A stretch of 64,000 nucleotides of DNA from Bacillota bacterium (lineage in GTDB: Bacteria > Bacillota > Clostridia > Acetivibrionales > JAMNXU01), in assembly GCA_023623175.1 (NCBI GenBank), contig JAMNXU010000021.1, positions 6,912-70,911 of the forward strand. Direction: 5' to 3'. The notes beneath the pieces were generated by a model, which saw only the letters and a list, made by a program, of their open reading frames with translations, was not told the DNA's origin and did no database searches. Below are positions 56,605 through 64,000 of the stretch, one piece after another (the first letter of the stretch is position 1; each line of letters opens with the position of its first letter). Both the position numbers and the translations under genes were made by a program.

Positions 56605-56745
56605 CTATTATTGCCGAATCCTGCCGCAGGCAGGAGCGGGGGACATTAAACTTTGGGGTTAATCCGTCCGGCTTGCGATGCCGGATGGTAGGGGAACCGC
56701 TCTCTCCGCACCCGTCAACTAACCTCGCAGGCATTAGAGAGGAGT
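56605..56745 (+). ncRNA. ydaO/yuaA-class c-di-AMP riboswitch
   Basis: Conserved blocks GCCGAATCC, GAGCGGGGGAC, GGGGTTAATCC, GGTAGGGGAACC and ACCCGTCAACTAACCTCGCAGGC match the B. subtilis ydaO leader almost block for block. It lies upstream of a cell-wall hydrolase, the classic context. Confidence 0.9.
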
Positions 56746-56752
56746 AATAGTT

Positions 56753-57433
56753 ATGTTCAAAAGTAAAAGTTTGTCTAATGGAATGTTCAAAAAAACAGTA
56801 TCGCTTGTAGTTGCCCTTGCATGCGCAACTATTTTCTGGGCAAGCACTGCCCACGCCGACTATTATTCATCAAGGATACTTTTAAAGGAAGGCATGCGCC
56901 ACAGTGAAGTAGTAAGGTTGCAAAATGATCTGAAGAGTCTTGGCTACTTTTATGCAAATTCAACAGGCTATTTCGGCCCTATAACAAAACAGGCCGTAAT
57001 CAACTACCAGAGGGACCGCAAGCTGCTCGTGGACGGTATAGTAGGCCCGCAGACAGCAAGGCAGATTAAGGTTGACAGGATACTGGCGACTGCCATGAAG
57101 TACATCGGAGTGCCTTACCAGTGGGGAGGTACATCGCCAAAGGGCTTTGACTGTTCAGGTTTCACCCACTATGTAATGCTTCAGCATAACGTGATAATAC
57201 CGAGAGTTGCAAGGAATCAATACTATGACGCAGGAACCTGGGTTGCGTGGAACTCTCTTAAACCGGGAGACCTGGTCTTCTTCACGACATATGCGCCGGG
57301 TCCGTCCCACGTTGGAATTTATATAGGCAACAACCAGTTTATTCACTCAAGTTCCTCAAAGGGAGTTGTAATTTCCAGCCTGACAAATACCTATTACGCG
57401 ACCCGCTATATCGGGGCAAAAAGAGTGATATAG
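56753..57433 (+). CDS. secreted peptidoglycan-binding NlpC/P60 family endopeptidase
   Basis: 226 aa. Signal peptide, PG_binding_1 repeat (VVRLQNDLKSLGYF...GPIT) and the NlpC/P60 catalytic block YQWGGTSPKGFDCSGF ... HVGIY. Confidence 0.9.
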   Translation: MFKSKSLSNGMFKKTVSLVVALACATIFWASTAHADYYSSRILLKEGMRHSEVVRLQNDLKSLGYFYANSTGYFGPITKQAVINYQRDRKLLVDGIVGPQTARQIKVDRILATAMKYIGVPYQWGGTSPKGFDCSGFTHYVMLQHNVIIPRVARNQYYDAGTWVAWNSLKPGDLVFFTTYAPGPSHVGIYIGNNQFIHSSSSKGVVISSLTNTYYATRYIGAKRVI

Positions 57434-57449
57434 CGGCTATAATCCAGGT

Positions 57450-58043
57450 TTAGCCGCCGGATTTGGCTCTGCGCCTGAGCCTTTCATTGCGTCGGATCTC
57501 GGCTTCGGCATATTCTTTCAGCTCTTCCTCGGTTTCAGGAATTACAGGAGGCACCGGAGTGGGCTTTCCGTCATCATCAACAGCGACAAAGGTTAAATAA
57601 GCCTTGTTTGTCATCCTGACGGAACCGGTTTTCAGGTTTTCGGCGTATACTTTTACAACGACCTCCATCGATGTCCTTCCGGTCCAGGTTAATTTCGCCT
57701 TCAGAGTCACCATTTCGCCCATATGGACCGGATGCCTGAAATCAAGGCTGTCAAGGGCTACAGTAACGACATTTTTACTTGAATGCCTCGAAGCCGCCAG
57801 GGCGCCGGCAATGTCGATCCAGTGCATGAGCCTTCCACCAAGCAGATTCCCAAGATTGTTTGTATCGTTCGGCAGGACAAGCTGTGTCATGACGAGCTCG
57901 GATTTGCTCGCAGGCTTTCCTGCCGTCTTTTCATTGTTCTGCGCTTTTTCTTCTGTTTCCTGCCTGTTCGTTTTATGTTCAGTATTCCTGTTTATTTCAT
58001 GTTCATCCTGCCTGTTTATTTCATGCTCATTGAATCTTTCCAC
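57450..58043 (-). CDS. hotdog-fold acyl-CoA thioesterase with a repetitive N-terminal extension
   Basis: GTG start after GGAGGGG. The core MTQLVLPNDTNNLGNLLGGRLMHWIDIAG is YciA/BFIT-like. The N-terminal ~45 aa hold EHEINRQ-type repeats from 21-bp DNA repeats. Confidence 0.8.
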   Translation of the reverse strand: MERFNEHEINRQDEHEINRNTEHKTNRQETEEKAQNNEKTAGKPASKSELVMTQLVLPNDTNNLGNLLGGRLMHWIDIAGALAASRHSSKNVVTVALDSLDFRHPVHMGEMVTLKAKLTWTGRTSMEVVVKVYAENLKTGSVRMTNKAYLTFVAVDDDGKPTPVPPVIPETEEELKEYAEAEIRRNERLRRRAKSGG

Positions 58044-59275
58044 GATTTCCCCTCCGCCTTCCTTTTGAGCCTTTCCATTCGTTTTTTCAAATCATCGATG
58101 TTTCTGCCGCTTCTGATTCCGACGGAAAGCATCCTGTTCATGGCCTGCTCAGTAAAACTGAGCGCCTTGATGTAATCCTTTCGTTTATGCTCATAATACT
58201 TGGCGAGCTCAACCAGGGGATATATATCAAGGCTGCCTTCGCGTTCCGCCATGTACTGCCACTGGCTTACGGCTTTTTCATATTCCCCGGCTCTTTTATA
58301 TATGCTGCCCAAGCGTTTTGACGCCTTCTCGCGAATAACGGCATTGCCGAGATTCAGGCAGTGTTCATAACACTCCTTCTCGCGCGCGGGTTCTCCCGCC
58401 GCCTCAAATATGCCGGCAAGGCCCAGCATTTCATAACCTCCCACCATTTTCCCGGTAGGTTCTTCAACCATTGAAGATATCTTTACAAGCAGAGAAACCA
58501 TTGACAAAATGTCGGTAACATTGTGGTCTATCACGCGCACGATTTCCCGCGCATCCCTGTCTTCGAGGTATTTGAAATAGACTGCGGGAATTTGGGCGCC
58601 GGGTATGTCGTCGCACCGGTACTGGTCCAGGACGTATTGTTCAAGTGATGTAAGCGCGCAGCTTTCGAGTTTCAGGCGCCACAGCCTCCGGGAAGGGTGC
58701 AGCAAATCCAGGTGATACGGGTCTCCGAGGCAACAGCGGATCCTGTTGAAAATGAACCTCGTCTGCAGCAGGTTCCAGTCAAAGGATTTGCCGTTAAAGG
58801 TTACAAACCCCCGAAAATCTCCAAGCACCCTGTTGAACTCCCAAAGCATCGGGATTTCTTCGTTGTAATCCCTCATGAAGTACTGGCGGACAATAAAAAC
58901 ATCGTCGGCAAAAAAACCCGTGCCTATCAAAAAGGCAACGGTGCCGGCGCCGCCTGACAAACCCGAGGTCTCTGTATCAAGAAACAGAAAATCCGATACG
59001 CTTATGTCCCCGGGCAACTCCGTATTAAGTTTTCTCAGCGTGCCGGGTTTTATTCGCAGCGCATCCCCGAGCCGGCAGCCGCCATGGATGTAATTGCTGC
59101 TGAATTTGTTTTCAATAACGAAACACGAACCCATTTCCCCGCTGCAGACGTTTCCCTCTTTTATGAGTTCCTGTACGTCGGGTCCCTTGGCTGCCTTTGC
59201 GGGGCCGGCCGCGCCATGGTCGCCGGAACGCCCGGCCTTGTACAGTTCTAGCCTGGTTCTTAAATCCATATGCAA
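58016..59275 (-). CDS. mrfB: MrfB/YprB-like RNase H-fold (DEDD) exonuclease with C-terminal TPR region
   Basis: 419 aa. Exo I motif FLFLDTETSGL and TPR-like repeats in the C-terminal half. It sits downstream of the mrfA-like helicase as in B. subtilis yprA-yprB. Confidence 0.7.
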   Translation of the reverse strand: MHMDLRTRLELYKAGRSGDHGAAGPAKAAKGPDVQELIKEGNVCSGEMGSCFVIENKFSSNYIHGGCRLGDALRIKPGTLRKLNTELPGDISVSDFLFLDTETSGLSGGAGTVAFLIGTGFFADDVFIVRQYFMRDYNEEIPMLWEFNRVLGDFRGFVTFNGKSFDWNLLQTRFIFNRIRCCLGDPYHLDLLHPSRRLWRLKLESCALTSLEQYVLDQYRCDDIPGAQIPAVYFKYLEDRDAREIVRVIDHNVTDILSMVSLLVKISSMVEEPTGKMVGGYEMLGLAGIFEAAGEPAREKECYEHCLNLGNAVIREKASKRLGSIYKRAGEYEKAVSQWQYMAEREGSLDIYPLVELAKYYEHKRKDYIKALSFTEQAMNRMLSVGIRSGRNIDDLKKRMERLKRKAEGKSWKDSMSMK

Positions 59276-59502
59276 ATTATCACCGGAATAAAATTTACTA
59301 TTAGCCTGTACAGGAATTTACTTCCAGTTTATACAGCAATTTAATGCCATTACATTATATACAGGCATCCTGCCTTCCCTTGCCGCCGAATGCCGGACAA
59401 TGCATCTGCTTTTGCCGTTGTATGTTTTATATCACATTTTTAACCGGCTAAACAATAAAATAGCCGGCATATTTTCAGTGCAAATATTTTTCCCAAATTA
59501 TA

Positions 59503-61848
59503 TTACAACCTGTCTGACAGGACAAGATTTACGAGCTTCAGCGTGGTCTCCTTGGGATTGCCGCTTTGGGAGAATGCGTCGCGGGGGCCCACGCAGGACG
59601 GGCATCCCGCTTCGCAGCCACACAGCCGGATCATTTCCGCGGCTGTCTCAAACATGCTGCGGTGCAGTTCATAGAGCTTGTCGCTGAAGCCTACTCCGCC
59701 TGGAAAACTGTCGTATATGTATACCGTGGGTCTCTGGGAAAACGGCGATTTGACCTGGCTTACCACATTTATGTCATGGGGGCTGCACATGAGATAAATG
59801 GGCGCGGTATTTGCAAGTATGTTTGAAAGCCCGAGCAGGCCGTCCTGAAGCTCCGACTGGCTTAATATACCGTCTATGACTTCGGGAAACGTCACCCAGT
59901 AAGATGTGGTATGCATCTGGAGCTCAGGCAGGTGAACCGGACCGTAACCGACGTTTTCATGGGTGTAAAGCTTGATTTTCTTAAACAGCGTCACCAGCGA
60001 CACAACCGATACCTCTCCCGAGCTTTTGCTGATCCTGTCGCCCGCTTCGCTGCGGAATTCATCTATGACCTTGAGCTCCACCGCAAGATTTGCGTCAGTA
60101 TAATAGTCCACATCCACTTTCCTGACATAGGCCTTTTTATTTTCAAAATCCAGCTTCTCAACCTGGTATTGCTGGCCTTCGTGGATGTATATGGCTTCCT
60201 CGTGCAGCAGCATAGGCGCGCTGAAGCGGTCCATCTGGCCGATGACCCTGTGCTGGGGTTCGGTAATGTCTATTATTACGAAGTTTTCATCGGACGCGCT
60301 GCGCAGCGATATTTCATCCGACGGGAAAGCGTCGCTCATCCAGTGCCAGCGCGAACCAACATGCCTTACGAGCTTTGCCTCTTCCATGTATGAAAGTATT
60401 TCCCCGGTAGTTTCGACACCGAATTTTTCGTCGTCCTCAAACGGCAATTCGAAAGCCGCGCATTTCATATGGTTGTACAGGATCATGAGGTTGTCGGGAT
60501 TGATAAGCCCGTGTTCGGGACTCCTGCCGAGGAAATAATCGGGGTTGTTTATAATATATTGGTCAAGCGGGCTGCTGCTTGCGATGACTATGGCCACGGA
60601 CACTCCGCTTCTTCTGCCCGCGCGTCCTATCTGCTGCCATGTGCTTGCTATGCTGCCCGGGTAACCGCATATTATGCATGCTTCGAGATGTCCTATGTCA
60701 ATCCCGAGTTCCAGCGCATTGGTGCTGACCACGCCCGTTATTTCCCCGCTGCGCAGTCCCCTCTCTATTTCGCGCCGTTCCGAAGGCAGATACCCTCCAC
60801 GGTAGCCCCTTATTCGGTTTTTGCCCGAAAGGCTCCTGCTGAAAATATCCTTGAGATAGGTGGCGAGAACTTCCACGTTGAGCCTGCTGCGCGTGAACAC
60901 AATGGTCTGGATGTTGTTCCTGATGAGCAGTTCGGCAAGTTTCCTGGCTTCAAGCAGGCTGCTCCTGCGTATGCCCAGTTCCCTGTTCACCACCGGCGGG
61001 TTGTAGAAAATGAGGTGTTTTTTTCCCGAGGGAGCTCCATTGTTGTCCACAAGTTCAACGCTGCAACCGGTGATTTTTTCGGCAAGTTCCACGGGGTTCG
61101 CAATGGTCGCTGAACAGCATATGAACACCGGATTTGAGCCATAAAACCTGCATATCCTGTTCAACCGCCTTATTACGTTGGCAAGGTTGCTTCCGAAAAC
61201 GCCCCTGTAATGATGCAGTTCGTCTATTACAACATATTTCAGATTTTCAAAAAGCTTGGTCCATTTGGTGTGATGGGGCAGTATCCCGCTGTGCAGCATG
61301 TCTGGATTGGTAACAACAATGTGCCCGGCCTGCCGGATGGCTTTCCTTGCCGATTGGGGCGTGTCCCCGTCGTATGTATAAGTCTTGATATTTATATTCG
61401 CTTCGGTTATGAGATCGTGGAGCTCGGCCATCTGGTCCTGGGAAAGCGCTTTCGTGGGAAAAAGGTACAGCGCCCTTGAGGATTCATCCTTCAGAATCGA
61501 GTTGAGAACCGGTATATTGTAACAAAGAGTTTTGCCGGAAGCTGTGGGAGTGACAACCACTACGTTCCTGCCGGCCAGAACCTTTTCAATGGCCGTGGCC
61601 TGGTGGGAATACAGTCTTGTCTTCCCGGTTCTTATAAGAGCTTCTTTGAGCCTGGCGTCTATACTATCGGGATAGTCGGCATAGCGGGCCTCCCTTCCCG
61701 GTATCTCCACCCATTTTGTTATATTCGGGGCTATCGCGTCCGAGGTTTTGAAATACTCCAGCATCTGCTCAAGGTTCATTTCTCTTAACCTCCTCAGGTT
61801 GTACCTTTCGTAGCCCGGCTCAGCCAAAGGCGTCCGGTGTCCGGTCAA
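59503..61848 (-). CDS. mrfA: MrfA/YprA-like DEAD/DEAH-box helicase with C-terminal DUF1998 zinc module
   Basis: 781 aa. Motif I TPTASGKT, motif II VIDELH, motif VI QQIGRAGRR, and the C-terminal four-Cys cluster CGCEAGCPSC. The true start may be the internal MNLEQMLEYF. Confidence 0.8.
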   Translation of the reverse strand: MTGHRTPLAEPGYERYNLRRLREMNLEQMLEYFKTSDAIAPNITKWVEIPGREARYADYPDSIDARLKEALIRTGKTRLYSHQATAIEKVLAGRNVVVVTPTASGKTLCYNIPVLNSILKDESSRALYLFPTKALSQDQMAELHDLITEANINIKTYTYDGDTPQSARKAIRQAGHIVVTNPDMLHSGILPHHTKWTKLFENLKYVVIDELHHYRGVFGSNLANVIRRLNRICRFYGSNPVFICCSATIANPVELAEKITGCSVELVDNNGAPSGKKHLIFYNPPVVNRELGIRRSSLLEARKLAELLIRNNIQTIVFTRSRLNVEVLATYLKDIFSRSLSGKNRIRGYRGGYLPSERREIERGLRSGEITGVVSTNALELGIDIGHLEACIICGYPGSIASTWQQIGRAGRRSGVSVAIVIASSSPLDQYIINNPDYFLGRSPEHGLINPDNLMILYNHMKCAAFELPFEDDEKFGVETTGEILSYMEEAKLVRHVGSRWHWMSDAFPSDEISLRSASDENFVIIDITEPQHRVIGQMDRFSAPMLLHEEAIYIHEGQQYQVEKLDFENKKAYVRKVDVDYYTDANLAVELKVIDEFRSEAGDRISKSSGEVSVVSLVTLFKKIKLYTHENVGYGPVHLPELQMHTTSYWVTFPEVIDGILSQSELQDGLLGLSNILANTAPIYLMCSPHDINVVSQVKSPFSQRPTVYIYDSFPGGVGFSDKLYELHRSMFETAAEMIRLCGCEAGCPSCVGPRDAFSQSGNPKETTLKLVNLVLSDRL

Positions 61849-61941
61849 CTTTAACTGCCATGGCGGATTGCGCTCCTGCCATGACAGGTTTTAGGATCGT
61901 TGGCTTCAAGGCAAATTTTTGCAGTCAATGTTACACTTAAT

Positions 61942-61953
61942 GAACATATGTTC
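61942..61953. promoter_or_regulatory. LexA (Cheo/SOS) box in the mrfA-lepB divergent region
   Basis: The perfect palindrome GAACATATGTTC (in context TGAACATATGTTCT) matches the Firmicute consensus CGAACRNRYGTTYC, about 95 nt upstream of the mrfA ORF. Confidence 0.65.
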
Positions 61954-62134
61954 TAAAGTAAAGTATACTGTAATTTGTTTTGATTTTCAATAAAAAGCTT
62001 GGGCCGCGAAATGGCCCTGTCTTTTTCTCCCGTGCAAATCACCGGCCCTCTTTTTTTACAATAGCAGAGGTTAACAGGCGCTGTTTTGTGATAAAATTAT
62101 GGCAGGACTATCCGCAGGAGGCATGCCATAACCC

Positions 62135-62701
62135 ATGAAAATCGTAAAGGAAATCGTAAGCTGGATACTGCATATAGGCGTAGCATTTTTACTGGCAATG
62201 TTTATAAACGTGTTCATTCTGCAGCCCACCCAGGTCATCGGCAGTTCGATGGAAAACACCCTGAAGGACCATGACCGCCTTTTGATAAGCAAGCTCAGGC
62301 ACACCCTGGGGAAAGAGCCCGATTACGGCGACATAGTAATACTTGACAGCAGGGTGGACCGGTCGCGCACCTTTTGGGATGACATTACGGACAGCATAAA
62401 ATACAACGCAATCACCCAGCTTTTCACGGGAAAAAAGGAGGAAGTCTTCTTTGTAAAGAGGGTGATAGGCAAAGCCGGTGACGTGATCGAAATAAAAGAT
62501 GACAAGGTCTACAGAAACGGAGAGTTGCTCGAGGAAGATTACATAAAGGAACCGATGGTCAACTCAATACCATTGAAAATTGTTGTTCCCGAAGGCCATG
62601 TCTTCGTAATGGGAGACAACAGGAACCACAGCAGGGACAGCCGGGATCTTGGACCCATCCCGCTGACCCATATAATCGGGAAAAGCATATTGAAGTTCTG
62701 A
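62135..62701 (+). CDS. lepB: signal peptidase I
   Basis: 188 aa. N-terminal TM helix, catalytic Ser box GSSMENTL, Lys box KRVIG and the GDNRNHSRDSR box. Confidence 0.9.
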   Translation: MKIVKEIVSWILHIGVAFLLAMFINVFILQPTQVIGSSMENTLKDHDRLLISKLRHTLGKEPDYGDIVILDSRVDRSRTFWDDITDSIKYNAITQLFTGKKEEVFFVKRVIGKAGDVIEIKDDKVYRNGELLEEDYIKEPMVNSIPLKIVVPEGHVFVMGDNRNHSRDSRDLGPIPLTHIIGKSILKF

Positions 62702-62754
62702 CCCGGCCTGCGGTTGTAACGCCGGTTATCCTTGAAATACAATGTTTGACAGCG

Positions 62755-63729
62755 TTAAAAATCATCGGAAACCCGATTTTTATATTCTTCAAGTATCCCG
62801 ATCAGTTCTTCCCTCGAAGTCGCCCTGAAAATCCTGTCGCGCGCAGCCGCGGCGTTTTTCATGCCTTTTATATACCATGCCGCGTGCTTTCTCATTTCAC
62901 AAACGGCCGTATGCTCTCCTTTCAGCTCTATGAGCATGTCAATGTGCCGTTTCAGCATCTCTATTTTCTCGTCGGGTGTGGGCATGGGCAGAATTCTCCC
63001 GGACCTGAGAAATTCAACAGTTCTCCTGAAAATCCACGGATTGCCGAGGGAGCCGCGCCCGATCATAACAGCGTCACACCCGGTATATTCAATCATTTTC
63101 GCAGCATCCTCGGGAGTAAAGATGTCGCCGTTGCCGATAACCGGTATTGAAACAGCCTCTTTTACTTGTTTTATGATGTCCCAGTCGGCCTTTCCGCTGT
63201 AAAACTGTTCCCTTGTCCTTCCGTGCACCGCGATGGCTTTGGCTCCGTTTTTTTCAGCCAGGCAGGCCAATTCCACGGCGTTTACATTTTTCTCGTCCCA
63301 GCCCTTTCTCATTTTCACCGTTACGGGCTTTTTCGAAGCCCGGCAAACTTCCCTGACAATATCCGCCGCAAGCGCCGGTTTAAGCATAAGAGCGCATCCG
63401 TCGCCGTTTTTTGTCACCTTGGGTGTTGGACAACCCATATTGATGTCAATGATGTCCGCCGCGGAATCGCTAAGTTTCTCCGCCGCTTCGGCCATTATTG
63501 CCGGATCAGATCCGAATATCTGTATCGCCGCGGGTCTTTCGATTTCACGGATTTCTGCGAGCTTAGCGCTTTTCTCGTCTTTGTAGTGAAGCGCCTTTGC
63601 GCTGACCATTTCAGAATAAACAAGGCCGCATCCCTGTTCTTTGCAAAGCAGGCGAAAAACCGAATCGGTTACACCTGCCATTGGCGCCAGGAATACATTG
63701 TTTTCCGTCCTTACTTCCCCGATCTTCAT
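62755..63729 (-). CDS. dusB: tRNA-dihydrouridine synthase
   Basis: [14 protein letters not shown], and the conserved K and H motifs. Start chosen at [19 protein letters not shown]. The ORF extends to 63771 as an alternative. Confidence 0.85.
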   Translation of the reverse strand: MKIGEVRTENNVFLAPMAGVTDSVFRLLCKEQGCGLVYSEMVSAKALHYKDEKSAKLAEIREIERPAAIQIFGSDPAIMAEAAEKLSDSAADIIDINMGCPTPKVTKNGDGCALMLKPALAADIVREVCRASKKPVTVKMRKGWDEKNVNAVELACLAEKNGAKAIAVHGRTREQFYSGKADWDIIKQVKEAVSIPVIGNGDIFTPEDAAKMIEYTGCDAVMIGRGSLGNPWIFRRTVEFLRSGRILPMPTPDEKIEMLKRHIDMLIELKGEHTAVCEMRKHAAWYIKGMKNAAAARDRIFRATSREELIGILEEYKNRVSDDF

Positions 63730-63859
63730 GCCTGCAACCATTCCTTCCGCTGTAATTCGATAAAAATGCAAAAATATTATACAAACATGATTATTTAAAC
63801 ACCACGAAGTATTTTACCACATGAAAATGATCATTAATACCGGACAGGCGTCAATGCCC

Positions 63860-63890
63860 AAAAAAAGATCTCCGCATGTTGGCGGAGATC
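63860..63890 (-). terminator. rho-independent terminator downstream of tRNA-Arg
   Basis: On the minus strand GATCTCCGC-CAACAT-GCGGAGATC is followed by TTTTTTT. Confidence 0.8.
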
Positions 63891-63897
63891 CCTGCAT

Positions 63898-63972
63898 TGG
63901 CGTCCCGACCAGGAATCGAACCCGGATCAGTGGAACCGGAATCCACCGTCTTATCCGTTAGACTATCGGGAC
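63898..63972 (-). tRNA. tRNA-Arg (anticodon CCG), CCA encoded
   Basis: Hand-folded cloverleaf: acceptor GTCCCGA/TCGGGAC, D arm GTCT-AACGGATA-AGAC, anticodon stem GTGGA/TCCAC with loop TTCCGGT, T arm CCGGG-TTCGATT-CCTGG, discriminator G, then CCA. Confidence 0.85.
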
Positions 63973-64000
63973 GTGTTTTTAACTTTTGACACAATCTCTG

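Overview
A 64-kb chromosomal segment from a Gram-positive, spore-forming Clostridia-type bacterium. This assignment rests on SpoVB, CsaB/TagA wall-polymer genes, CtsR and Cheo/LexA-type operators, a ydaO riboswitch and alr-mazEF synteny. I cannot name the species. Coding density is high and most genes are on the minus strand. From left to right the window holds: (1) an AT-rich islet with a SAM methyltransferase and a frame-split nuclease-like/DUF2075/S24-peptidase gene; (2) a sugar-utilisation locus (RbsD/FucU, Fe-ADH, ABC transporter, ROK regulator, PfkB kinase, Zn-ADH) with a shared 22-bp operator; (3) a HAD hydrolase flanked by a lipoprotein gene and its truncated paralogue; (4) a decayed group II intron sitting directly behind a terminator; (5) an amidohydrolase, RtcB and a two-component system; (6) an EamA fusion, GNAT and LysE; (7) a histidine operon hisZGDCB-AF-IE plus divergent PHP histidinol phosphatase, with no hisH; (8) a split transketolase and YitT; (9) a secondary-cell-wall-polymer locus (GT4-CsaB fusion, TagA, Wzx, GT, WecC-like, DUF4330, O-antigen-ligase-like), interrupted by a minus-strand block (mazEF, alr, nnr); (10) hsp20 with a CtsR box, spoVB, and a c-di-AMP riboswitch-controlled NlpC/P60 hydrolase; (11) mrfA-mrfB-thioesterase behind a LexA box; (12) lepB, dusB and tRNA-Arg(CCG). 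Two dispersed repeat families stand out. One is a ~220-bp hairpin element bounded by terminal inverted repeats (three copies). The other is a GC-rich GGGACACGGGGA-type palindrome (at least five loci). Several short tandem-repeat tracts lie in intergenic spacers. No CRISPR array or rRNA was found. The best candidate for a new system is the DUF2075 NTPase fused to a LexA-like S24 autoprotease domain.
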